This document shows, piece by piece, positions 29,141 to 40,300 of a stretch of DNA of 64,000 nt. The notes under the pieces are model-generated. The model did not search any database and was not told the DNA's origin. It saw nothing but the letters and a program-made list of their open reading frames with translations. The position numbers were made by a program, and so were the translations under genes. Source of the stretch: a virus (lineage: Duplodnaviria > Caudoviricetes); IMG/VR virus record IMGVR_UViG_3300006620_000007; one strand, 5' to 3'. Each line of letters begins with the position of its first letter. Positions within the stretch are counted from its first letter, which is position 1.

Positions 29141-29349
29141 TGAATAAAGTTAGACATAACATTGCAGGATTTATATTTGCAGTTTTAGGATTGTATTTTT
29201 TAGTGTTAGATGTAAATGCACATCATCATGGACACGGGGGCAACACATTACTTGGCGTTGGTGAAATGACATGGATGTGGTTCACGATGGCAGTTGTACA
29301 TTTCTTTTTAAATGATTGTCAATGTAGCACATGCAAAGGTAAAGAATAA
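29140..29349 (+). CDS. Small two-TM membrane protein with His/Cys motifs
   Basis: Two hydrophobic stretches flanking HHHGHGG; C-terminal CQCSTC; 1-nt overlaps with both neighbours. Confidence 0.6.
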   Translation: MNKVRHNIAGFIFAVLGLYFLVLDVNAHHHGHGGNTLLGVGEMTWMWFTMAVVHFFLNDCQCSTCKGKE

Positions 29350-30767
29350 TGCAACATTTTTATGACGGACAGATTAGAAGATACATTACTCAGATGATTA
29401 GACTCATGAGTAATTTTTCTTACAAAGACGGTGATGGTAAACTTACACAAGTTCCGGTAATGTATGGAGACATTACACGTCAGGTTGGTCATATTCTTAG
29501 AGATAACAGTGAAAACAAAATTCCAAGTGCGCCACGTATAGGTGTTTACATTACAGGATTAGAATTAGATAGAGATAGACTTGCAGATGCTTCATTTGTA
29601 GGTAAAGTACACTTGCGTGAAAGAGATTATGACGAAACAAATAACGAATATTTAAACACACAAGGTAAGAATGTAACAGTAGAACGTTTAATGCCTACAC
29701 CTTACAAGTTAACTGTTGCCGCTGATATATGGTCAACTAACACAGAACAAAAATTACAAATTATGGAACAGATATTAATGCTGTTTAATCCAAGTTTAGA
29801 AATACAAACGACAGACAACTATATTGACTGGACAAGTTTAAGTGTAGTTGATTTAGAAAGTGTTAATTTTAGTAGTAGGTCAATGCCTACAGGTACTGAA
29901 AGCGAAATTGATGTTGGTTCATTAACTTTTACAACACCTATATACATATCGCCTCCGGTCAAAGTTAAAAAACTTGGTGTTATAACAAATATTATAATGA
30001 GTATGTTTAACGAAGACACAGGTAATGTTGACCTTGGTGCTACAATGCCAGAACTTAAACGTTACAATGACGAATTTGCTGAAGGTGTGTTTATGGAAGA
30101 CAAAGACGGAACTACTGTACGTAAAGATAGTGCAGGACTTGCCATTACAGCATACAATGATTACGATTTACTTGTGTTAGGTAACACTGCACAACTTATA
30201 CATAGAGGTGTTGTTGGTAATACTAACTGGAATGGTTTCTTTGAAGCATTACCAGGTACATTTAGATCGGGTCTAAGTCAAATACAATTAACAAGATTAG
30301 ATATTAATCAAAGTGTTAATGGAACTGTTGCAGTTAATCCAACAGACGAAACAACATTAATTATTAATTGGGATGAAGATACTATTCCAAGTGATATGGT
30401 CCTTACTGGTTCAACAGGCGATAGAAATAAGATAGATTATATTATTGATCCACTTAATTTTAATCCAAGTACTATTAAATCAAGCGGTATTAGAATATTA
30501 TTGTTAGGTGCTATTGGTAGTACAACAAATACTGATGGTGCTGATGCTTGGAAAAACAATGATGGTACAGATTTTGTTGCAAGTGAAAACGATATAGTAG
30601 AATGGACTGGTACAAAATGGCAAATATTGTTTGATTCAAGTACAGTATCAGACATCAAATTTGTAACTAACCTAAATACAAGTATTCAATACAAATGGAC
30701 AGGTACAGAATGGGTCAAATCCATTGAAGGCGAGTACCGGAATGGAGCGTGGCGCATACAATTTTAA
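29349..30767 (+). CDS. gp15: Tail sheath stabiliser/terminator gp15-like with C-terminal extension
   Basis: HFYD.QIRRY, VPVMYG, PTPY.L...DIW..N.EQKLQIMEQIL.LFNP. Confidence 0.85.
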   Translation: MQHFYDGQIRRYITQMIRLMSNFSYKDGDGKLTQVPVMYGDITRQVGHILRDNSENKIPSAPRIGVYITGLELDRDRLADASFVGKVHLRERDYDETNNEYLNTQGKNVTVERLMPTPYKLTVAADIWSTNTEQKLQIMEQILMLFNPSLEIQTTDNYIDWTSLSVVDLESVNFSSRSMPTGTESEIDVGSLTFTTPIYISPPVKVKKLGVITNIIMSMFNEDTGNVDLGATMPELKRYNDEFAEGVFMEDKDGTTVRKDSAGLAITAYNDYDLLVLGNTAQLIHRGVVGNTNWNGFFEALPGTFRSGLSQIQLTRLDINQSVNGTVAVNPTDETTLIINWDEDTIPSDMVLTGSTGDRNKIDYIIDPLNFNPSTIKSSGIRILLLGAIGSTTNTDGADAWKNNDGTDFVASENDIVEWTGTKWQILFDSSTVSDIKFVTNLNTSIQYKWTGTEWVKSIEGEYRNGAWRIQF

Positions 30768-30779
30768 ATAATTACTTGT

Positions 30780-31220
30780 ATGAGCGACAAAATCAATTGC
30801 AGTGGTGCATTATTTTATGCACTAAAAACTAAACGTTTTTTATTCTTACATAGAACTCAAAGCAAACAGAATAATGTTTGGGGTTTGGTAGGTGGCCGTG
30901 GTGCTGTTGACGAATCGCCTATTGATGCTTTACATAGAGAAATCAAAGAAGAAATTGGTGCTACACCAAAATCAGTAAAAACTATACCTTTAGAAACTTT
31001 TGTCAGTACTGACGAGAAGTTTAATTTTCATACATATCTAATAGTTGTTAAAGAAGAATTTATTCCTGATTTAAATGAAGAACATGATGGGTATTCTTGG
31101 GCAAGTTTTAGTAAGTATCCAAAACCCTTGCATCAGGGATTAAGAAACACACTACAAAACAAAACTAATATTACAAAGTTGCAGACAGTGTTTGAGTTGA
31201 TTGACATATTAGAGAGTTAA
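30780..31220 (+). CDS. NUDIX hydrolase
   Basis: WGLVGG....DESPIDALHREIKEEIG Nudix box; LNEEH.GY.W. Confidence 0.88.
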   Translation: MSDKINCSGALFYALKTKRFLFLHRTQSKQNNVWGLVGGRGAVDESPIDALHREIKEEIGATPKSVKTIPLETFVSTDEKFNFHTYLIVVKEEFIPDLNEEHDGYSWASFSKYPKPLHQGLRNTLQNKTNITKLQTVFELIDILES

Positions 31221-31221
31221 C

Positions 31222-32472
31222 ATGGTAAAAGTTTACGGCGACATAATGCTGGACAGTTGGATTATTGGGAAAGCCAGTAGAATTAGTCCTGAAGCACCTG
31301 TACCAGTACTAAAAGAAATTGAAAGAAAAAACAGCATAGGTGGTGCGGCTAATCTTGCACTTAATCTTAGCAATATTATTGACAATGTTTCTTTGTTTGG
31401 TGCAGTAGGCATGGACGATGAAGGGTTTGATGTTTTAAAAATACTTGAAGCAACAAATAATATAGATTGTAGCATACAATCAGATGCAGAAATTACAACT
31501 ACTAAAACAAGATTAGTAGGCCAACGTGGACAACACATCATGCGTTGGGATAAAGAGAAAAAATACAAAGGCAAAGCACAAGCAAGATTCCTTGAAAGTG
31601 TTAACGAAGAAGATATTGTATGTTTAAGTGATTATAACAAAGGTACTATTGGTGCACATTTAGTAGAAAAACTTAATAATAAAAAATGCAAGGTTTTAGT
31701 TGATCCTAAACAAGGACCAGAAGTATACAAAGGTGCATTTCTTGTAAAACCAAACATGAAAGAATACAAAGCATGGTTTGGAAAGTTTAATAGAGAAGTT
31801 GCTTTCTTTGCAATCAAAGAACATGGTTGGAAATATCTTGTAGTAACAGACGGTGCTAATGGTATACACGTTTTAAGTGATGAATTACAATATCAACACT
31901 ACAAAGAACCTGTAAGAGAAGTTGCAGATGTAACCGGTGCTGGTGATACTGTACTTGCCGTTATTGCTTATGGTATTAAAAGAGGTATGGATGTGTTTGC
32001 CGCATGTAAGTTAGCCTGTTATGCTGGTGCAAGATCAGTAGAACACAGAGGTGTATATGCAATACAAACAGAAGATTTAAAAAGACAAGTAGTTTGGACC
32101 AATGGCGTGTTTGATATACTACATGAAGGACATTTTAGACTGTTACGACACGCAAGATCAAAAGGTAGAAAACTTATTGTAGGTATAAACAGTGATGCAA
32201 GTACAAAAAGACTTAAAGGAGAAGGAAGACCTATTAATAATCAGTTACAACGTAAAATGAATCTTGAACTTTTACCATGGATTGACGAAGTTGTAATATT
32301 TGATGAAGATACTCCCATTAATTGTATTGAAAGATTTCAACCTGACTTAATTATTAAGGGTGGCGATTACACTGTTGACACGGTTGTAGGTAATGAACTT
32401 GCAGAAGTAGAAATTTTTCCAACAGTAAAAGACCAATCAACAACAAATATTATAGAGAAGATGAAAATATGA
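31222..32472 (+). CDS. hldE: Bifunctional D-glycero-beta-D-manno-heptose-7-P kinase / heptose-1-P adenylyltransferase
   Basis: GDIMLD, RISPEAPVPV, GGAAN, LSDYNKG, VDPK, DVTGAGDT (PfkB); NGVFDILHEGH, GINSDAS, KGGDY, STT. Confidence 0.95.
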   Translation: MVKVYGDIMLDSWIIGKASRISPEAPVPVLKEIERKNSIGGAANLALNLSNIIDNVSLFGAVGMDDEGFDVLKILEATNNIDCSIQSDAEITTTKTRLVGQRGQHIMRWDKEKKYKGKAQARFLESVNEEDIVCLSDYNKGTIGAHLVEKLNNKKCKVLVDPKQGPEVYKGAFLVKPNMKEYKAWFGKFNREVAFFAIKEHGWKYLVVTDGANGIHVLSDELQYQHYKEPVREVADVTGAGDTVLAVIAYGIKRGMDVFAACKLACYAGARSVEHRGVYAIQTEDLKRQVVWTNGVFDILHEGHFRLLRHARSKGRKLIVGINSDASTKRLKGEGRPINNQLQRKMNLELLPWIDEVVIFDEDTPINCIERFQPDLIIKGGDYTVDTVVGNELAEVEIFPTVKDQSTTNIIEKMKI

Positions 32473-33293
32473 GAATTTTAGTTACAGGTTATCAAGGATT
32501 TATTGGTTCAAATGTAGCATCATACCTAAAAGCAAAAGGACATGATGTAGAAGGCTTTCCTTGGGAGTTAAACAAGTATCCAGATGCTCAACAATATGAT
32601 AGAATTATACATTTAGGTGCAATTTCAAGTACAACTGAGCGTGATGTTGAAAAGATTATGCAACACAACTATGAATACACAATGAAGTTAATTGAAATTT
32701 GTGATATGATGGGTACTTCTTTACAATATGCAAGTTCGGCAAGTGTATATGGAGAACTAACACACTTTAGAGAAGACTTAGAATTAGATCCTCGCAGTCC
32801 TTATGCTTGGACAAAGTATCTTGTTGATAGATTTGTAACACAACACCTAAATGATTTTAGAGTTACCATACAAGGCTTTAGATATTTCAATGTTTATGGT
32901 CATGGAGAAGAACATAAAGGCGATATGATGAGCCCTGTTAGTAAATTTACTAAACAAGCCAAAGAAACTGGTGTTATAAAAGTGTTTGAAAACAGTGGTA
33001 AGTTCAAACGTGATTTTATTTGTGTTGAAGACGTAGCAGTAATGCATGAAAAAATGCTTGATGTTGATAAAAGTGGTATTTGGAACATTGGTAGTGGTGT
33101 TGCTACTTCATTTTTACAAGTTGCCCAGGTAATTGCAAACAAGTATGGAGCAAAAATTGAAGAAATACCAATGCCAGAAAACATTAAGGCACAATATCAA
33201 AAATATACGTGTGCTGACAATGACAAATTAAAAGAAACTATTGAACATAAGTGCTTTAGTGTAGGAGAATGGGTAAATGGCCAACCAAACTGA
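32469..33293 (+). CDS. hldD: ADP-L-glycero-D-manno-heptose-6-epimerase
   Basis: VTGYQGFIG, HLGAISSTTE, YASSASVYG, YAWTK, RYFNVYG.GE.HKG.M.S, RDFICVED, YQKYTCAD. Confidence 0.9.
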   Translation: MRILVTGYQGFIGSNVASYLKAKGHDVEGFPWELNKYPDAQQYDRIIHLGAISSTTERDVEKIMQHNYEYTMKLIEICDMMGTSLQYASSASVYGELTHFREDLELDPRSPYAWTKYLVDRFVTQHLNDFRVTIQGFRYFNVYGHGEEHKGDMMSPVSKFTKQAKETGVIKVFENSGKFKRDFICVEDVAVMHEKMLDVDKSGIWNIGSGVATSFLQVAQVIANKYGAKIEEIPMPENIKAQYQKYTCADNDKLKETIEHKCFSVGEWVNGQPN

Positions 33294-33978
33294 TTGTAAA
33301 GTTGAATGGTGGAGCGTTGTTCCTGGACTTACTAAAGTCGAACCAATCAAAGATGCAACAAAATTCATGCCTGAATGGTTCAAACATGCACCTAAGTACT
33401 TAACTGAAGACTTTGCAGACAAAGGTACTATTAAAAACTGTCCAGGTTTCATAGATTTATATAAAAATGCCTATGTTGTACCTATGTGGTGTGACTTTCA
33501 CATCAAAACAGACAGCAAAGAATTTGCATGGCACTCAAGTAACGAAAACTTTACTATGAGTTTGCATACTGACAAGCAATTTTTAGATCATGCACCGCAA
33601 AATGCCAAAGATGACTTTGTATGTGTTGCAAAAACCGATTGTCCTTGGCGTGTGCGTACAAGTCCTGGTTGGGCAATGATGCAATTACCAATGTTTTATG
33701 ATTTTAATGAATATTTTACGTGTATGCCTGGTATAACACACACGGAATGGAGTCATCAGATTAACCAACAACTGTTAATTAGAAAAGAAGGTGAATTTTT
33801 GCTTGAAAAAGGCACTCCATTAGCAATGTACGTACCAATAAAGATTGCAAACCTTGAAACTACGGTACAAGATGAAGATGAAGAGAAATATCGTGCAAGT
33901 TTTGTAAGTAATCTAATATTTCAAAGTAAGTTTAAAGGTGCTTACAAGAAATTCAAAGAAGCATGGAGTAAAAAATGA
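33277..33978 (+). CDS. Conserved phage hypothetical protein (DUF6065-like)
   Basis: PEWFK, TIKNCPGFID...YVVPMWCD, PW.VRT.PG, KGTPLA. Confidence 0.5.
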   Translation: MANQTDCKVEWWSVVPGLTKVEPIKDATKFMPEWFKHAPKYLTEDFADKGTIKNCPGFIDLYKNAYVVPMWCDFHIKTDSKEFAWHSSNENFTMSLHTDKQFLDHAPQNAKDDFVCVAKTDCPWRVRTSPGWAMMQLPMFYDFNEYFTCMPGITHTEWSHQINQQLLIRKEGEFLLEKGTPLAMYVPIKIANLETTVQDEDEEKYRASFVSNLIFQSKFKGAYKKFKEAWSKK

Positions 33979-34379
33979 GTAGACTTGAAGGTAAAGTAGA
34001 AAAAGGTTGGGGCTACGAACTAATATGGGCAACAACTGACAAGTATTGTGGCAAACTTATGGTATTTGAAAAAGCAGGCAAGAAATTTTCCATGCATTTT
34101 CATAAAGAGAAGGATGAATCATGGTTCGTTAATTCAGGACGCTTCGAAGTTAAATGGATTGACACAAAAGACGCTGTGTTATACAGCAAAGAATTAAATC
34201 CTGGGGATACATGGCACAATCCACCACTACAACCACACCAGTTAATTGCTCTTGAAGACAATAGTAGTATTAGTGAAGTTAGTACTGCTGATTCAGTGGA
34301 AGATAATTACAGAATTATACCTGGTGATAGTCAAAAAGAAATAATTAAGAAAAATTCTCCGCCACCCACACTGCCTTAG
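33975..34379 (+). CDS. Cupin (sugar-phosphate isomerase-like)
   Basis: VEKGWGYE, SMHFHKEKDESW, PHQL, EVST.D..EDNYR. Confidence 0.8.
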   Translation: MSRLEGKVEKGWGYELIWATTDKYCGKLMVFEKAGKKFSMHFHKEKDESWFVNSGRFEVKWIDTKDAVLYSKELNPGDTWHNPPLQPHQLIALEDNSSISEVSTADSVEDNYRIIPGDSQKEIIKKNSPPPTLP

Positions 34380-37300
34380 GCTTGTGCTTCAGACCATCTA
34401 AGAATAACGTTACCAGTAATTGCCGCACCTGACGTTTTATACACGTTAATGGCTAACACGTCTGGTCCATTCGGGAATGTACCCCTACCACCTAATGTAG
34501 TATTTGTAAGTTCTTTAATAAATGCAAGATCCAGTGTTGATCTTTCTCCAGGTTGTGCAATAAATGAGAAGATTGTTTCACCCGGTTGTGCATACGGTGG
34601 ATTTCTAAATATAAATGTTATAGTGCCAGCGGCATTAATCGTAGTATTAGCGGACTGTGAGAAGTTAACCTTATAATAAGTAGTTCCTGACGATCCAAAA
34701 CGTTCTTCTGTAATACTTGTTACCTGTGTACCTGATGGCCAGTTAGTATCTGTAGACGCAACCTCTGTACCTGGTGTAACTCCTGCACTATTTAAACTTG
34801 TTGCATCTAAGTATAAGAAGTTAGAGTTAACAAACGCATCACCTTGGTTGGATACTGTAAATGTAGTTGCGTTTCTGTTAATGTTTGCATTAGTATTGTT
34901 ACTAATTCTAATATAACCGTACTGTGATCCACTTGGAGCATATACCTGTGTTACTGTAGAGTTAGCAGGAATACTTGTACCTGAAATAGGTGCACCAAGA
35001 ATATCACTTGGATTATCAAATGCATCGTCAATGTTTGGTGAAGGTCCATTGTTACTACGTGCAATAAAGATGTAATTTCTATTACTTCTGTTGTTATAAA
35101 TTGTACTTGATAAGAATGTTGCTGTTTGTTCGTCTTCTACTGTAACTGCTGTTGTAGTTTCTTGTGTATCTGAAGACCAGTTAACAGAACCACCTGGTGC
35201 AATCTGTGCGAAACTTGGTTGTCCACCCTGTGCAACACCTGAAATACCTGCCCAACCAATATCATTTGGATTCAATGGATAGTTTTGTGGGTTAAGCACA
35301 CCTTCAATAACAATACCACCTGTGTCTGAACTTGCTGGTTGATCCGTTGTAACCTCAAGTCCTTCAAGTAGCAACTGTGCTCTGTTTAAAAGTTCTCTTT
35401 CTCCTAAGTCACCAACAAGTGCGTTACTAACACTCGGTGCCAATCTAATCAAGAAAGACGTATATCTTGTAGTACTAATACTAACACCTGTCGCTTTGTA
35501 ACTGAATAAGTATCCTCTATCACTGTCAAAGCCACCGTCTGTAATAAACGCTGATCCCCAGTGTGATATGTTTGGACTAATTGTGTTACTAATTAACACA
35601 ACACCTGTGTTTCTATCGTGTGCCGTCGCCGCGCCACCAGTGTATGTTCTTGTTGCACCTGATGCAAAGTTTGTCATTGGACTTTGTCTTGTACAACCTG
35701 TTAAATTTTTACCATCAACACCTGTGAAACGTATCATCTCAGCATCAATGTAAACAATTCCACCTTCGGGTGGGAAGAACGAAGCATCTTGTAATGGTAT
35801 AGTTTGCTGTGAATCTGTAATATCACTTGCTAATTTACCACTTGGACCTTCGTTTGTAATTTCATAACGTACAGGCATGTTACCTGTTCTCATAAATGCT
35901 TCTGTGTTAACGTTACTGTTACGCATTCTGTGACAGAATACAAAGTTACCATCAGCACCACGTAGCATGTAGTCAATAAAACCAGCACCATACCATGAAT
36001 ACTGTATACCTACCATCTGCATTTTTGATATATCTAAGTTGTATCCACTTGGACCAGTACCGTCCATTCTATCTCTATTAAAATCTTTCTGTTCTGTTTT
36101 CTTATCTTTAACTAAACAAATCTTACTTGCTCGTACATCAGTAACACCTCTAAAGTCCGGTGTTAGATACATTGTTGTATTGTTAACAACTTGTGATACA
36201 ACGTGTGTCATACCTTTAAGCACAATTCTATCACCTGCTTTTAGTTGTTCTCTAAATCTTGTATTAGTACCTGTACATGTGTTTGAATCAACATTAATAT
36301 CAACTGTACCTGCTAACTGTAATGTTGCAGTTCTTTGTACAGCACTAAATTGTGTTCCATCATATTCAAAGAAAATACCGTTTTGATCATCAAATGCTCC
36401 TGAACGTACAGTTGCACCGTGGAACTTGTTAACCGAAACTTGACATTCTGATGTAAGTTCTGGTGTTGTACTTCCTAATGCCCCGTTAGCAACAATCTCA
36501 AATGTATTTTCATCGTTGATATCTGTAACTGTATATGTGCCATTATAGCCTACAGTCTTAACACCAATGATTCTAATCACACCACCAATTTGTAATCCAT
36601 GTTCTGTTTCATCTGTTGTTACTGTAATAATTGAACCTTGAGCAGTACCTGCCGATGTAATATTAAGAATATTATAACTTGGAGCAAATAACGCACCCGT
36701 TGTATACATGATACCTTTACCTGACTGATATCTAATATACTTTTTACTCTGTCTAATTGCTTGTGATCCGTGTTGTGGTCCACCTGTTCCTAACTGCACA
36801 CCACCATCATATGGTCTGTGTATAAAGAACGAATCTGGTCTTGGATAAACGTTACCAATAATAGGTTCATCATTATTAGTACCTGTGTCAATGTTTCCTG
36901 GTGATCTACATTGGTATTCAAGTTGTGTTAAACTTGGAACTGCTGTAGCACTAAATGGTCCTGCGGCAAGTTCGTGGTTGTTTACTCCATCACTTGATGT
37001 TGTTGTAACTGCAAAAGAGTTACCTGGAACAAGTCCATGTGGTGTTTGGAATGTAATTCTAATACTTGCTAATGCACTGTAAGTAACAACGCTTGAGCCT
37101 GCAATAGGTGCTGTTGTTTCTTCTGACATTGTAACAGCACTGTAAGTGTTTAATACTTCACCTGAAACTGCTGTACCACTAACATTAATACCAACAAAAT
37201 CACCTTCTGTTGATTCTTGTGTACAACGTAATGTTAAATCGTTTGTAGGAGTAGCACCACCAAGTTGGTCACCTGGAATAACAATTCTGTTACCTACTTC

Positions 37301-40300
37301 ATAACTTGAACCGTCATCGGTTGCTACAACAAGACTGTACGCTCCGCCGCTTCTTGTAACTGTAAAGATTGCACCCGAACCTGAATTCTCTTGATTATTA
37401 CCTTGGATTGCTGTAACACTACCACTTCCTGTAGCACCAGTACCAGTAAATGAAACTCCTGTTATTCCTCCACCTGAGTCTACACTTGTAACAGTAATTG
37501 TTAAATCGTTTGTTGGACTTGCACCACTTAAATTAGTTCCGTTAATTACAATCTCTTGATCAACACCGTAATTAAATCCTGCATTGTCAATGGTAACTGT
37601 GTAGTTACCACTTGCTAATCCAATTTGGAATTGTACACCGTTACCAACTACTCTTTGAATGTTAGTTACGTTTGGATAAGATTTAGTATTAACTGCTGTA
37701 CCTGAAATACTTGTTCCTGTAATAGCACCGTTAACATCAACAGTTGAAATTGTAATTGTTAAATTGTTTACACCGTCAACACCACCTAACTCCGAACCAA
37801 GTATTGTAAAGTTCTCTGCCGCCAAGTAACCTGAACCTGCGTTAGTAAGAGTAACTGTATAAACTGTACCAATTCTCTGTACGTTAAATGAAGCATCAAC
37901 ACCATTAACTGTTGTAGAAGTCATTGCAGGATTACTGTAACTTACATCTGCGTCAACTGCTGTACCTGTTGCACTTACACTTGTAATTGATCCGCCTGCA
38001 CCAATAGCCGTAACTGTCATAATACAATCGTTTGTAGTATCTGCACCGCCTAAGTCGAAACCACTAATCTTAATTTTATCACCAACAGTATAACCTGTTG
38101 ATGTATCCGGTGATGCCATTGAAACTGTATAAGCATTGTTAGTATATACAACATCAAAATTACCATCACTACCAAGTCCTCCTGATAAGTTACCTTCTTG
38201 TCCAAAGAATGTACCATTACCGTCAAAGCCTGTTCCTGATTCTGTAAATGTTAATACTTCTCCAAGAGTGTCAACAGTATCAATAAGAATTATTAAATCG
38301 TTTACACCGTCAGCACCTCCAAGTTGTTGACCACCAATTTGTATTCTATCTCCAACTTTATAATCTGTACCACTTGCATTTAGTACTGTTGAATATACAC
38401 CATTTGTTCTTGTAACATCAAAACTTGCACCGTTACCAATTGAAGTATCATTATTACCCTGAACTCCTACATAGTCTACAGTGTTACCAACAAGTATTCT
38501 TGTTGTTGCTTCTGATAATGTTAAGTCATTACCTGCAACGTTTGTTACGAAAGTTGCTGTACCATCACCTCTGTCAAGACCTGATCCAATTTCAACTGCA
38601 CTTGCATCTGCAACTGTAATTGTTGTAGAACCTTGTGCTACATCTGATGTCAATGTAGGTGTATCAATGATTGCTCCTGAACCAGTTACACCAGTAACCT
38701 GAGAACCTAATGGTATACCGCCTGGTACTGCTACAAGTGGAGCACCAAGTGCCGGTACTGCACCAGTAAATGTAATTCTATCTGCACCAGTAGCCGCCGC
38801 TAACGGTAAAGTAAATGATCCTGATGAACCTTGTGTAGTAACTTCAAACGTTGGTGTGTCACCTTGGATACTTGCACCTGTGTAAAATGCCGCTTGTCTT
38901 AAAATTGTATAGAACGTTACAAGTGATGTACCTGGTGTTATTCCAACTTTAGCCTTTGCGTAATATGTAAAAGTTGTGTTATCAACAATACTGTTAATAA
39001 TAAATGTACCTTCAGCACGACCGTTACCTGCAACTTGTCCTGCTAAACCTCTAATAGTAATTGGATTACCTTCTTCAAAACCATGTGGTGCAGTTGTTGT
39101 TACAGTAATTAAGGATTGACCAACTCCGCTACTTCCTGATGATGCATCAGTAGTAACACCTGCAACATTTGTATCCGTACCTGGTACTTCGTATGTTGAT
39201 GGATAACCACGCATTGTACCAATTGCTTGCCACTTGGTAGGCTGTAGTCCGTACTCAAAGTCAGCGTCAAGCATTGATAGAGCGTTTGCAACTCTGTGTC
39301 TTTCAATTGCGTCAGTACCAAAGTCATATGGTCTAACTTTTAAGTCACCTTGATCTACAAAAATTTGTAATGTATCTGTGTCTGACCACACAGTAACTTT
39401 TTCTTCTGATGGTAAAAATGCAAGTCCACCTGTAATTACATCTGTAAGTATTTTTGTTAATTCTGTAATACGAGTCTGAGCACCTAATTCGCTATCCGCA
39501 CCTAAGAAATATTGTGTAGTTTCCGGAGTACCTGTTTGTTTTGTTGTATATACTGTTTTAGTTAAGATGTAATTGTTAATTAAATCTCGCATAAAGTTTT
39601 TAGCGGCAATTTCTTGCTCACGTGTACCATCAATCTGTGGTGTAGGACCTACCCAATATTTTGATGCTGTATCTCTGACATGTTCATTACCACCGTAACG
39701 TAAATCTTTTAAAATTGCATCAATGTTATATCCTGTATCTCTTTCACACTTAGGTGAATTGTAAGTATAACCTTGCCATATACTTCCTGCTTCTGCGTTT
39801 GTAACTTGGTCTACAATCCAAGCACGTACTTCGTCTTTAATAAATTCTTTGTTATTTGTAATTAATGCTCTTGCACCTGTAAGAAATTCTGTGTTTGTTG
39901 TATCAGTGTCAAATAATACTTGTGTAATTGTATCAGTATTTTCAAGAAACTTTTGAAAGTAAAAAAATGTTGGTGTAAATTCTACTGACTCATATGCATA
40001 TCTTACTCCTGCACCTTTACCTGGATCACTAAAATTAAATAGAACCTGGTTAACAGTTGTGTCAGTAATTAATAGTAAATTGTCCTGTGTAACTTTTGTT
40101 GGAAAAATTGCTCTACTAATTTCTGCTCTATGAAAGTCTGGCATTGCATCAAGACCTGAAACAATAACAGTACCAATAGTATCAACAAGTACCTTTTGTA
40201 CCTGTGCCGCCGCAGTTGATTCTGCAACGTATTCATCATTTTTATATTGATAAGTTACTGCTGGTGATTGTTTGGTTGTGTAATCAGTATTTGTTAAAAT

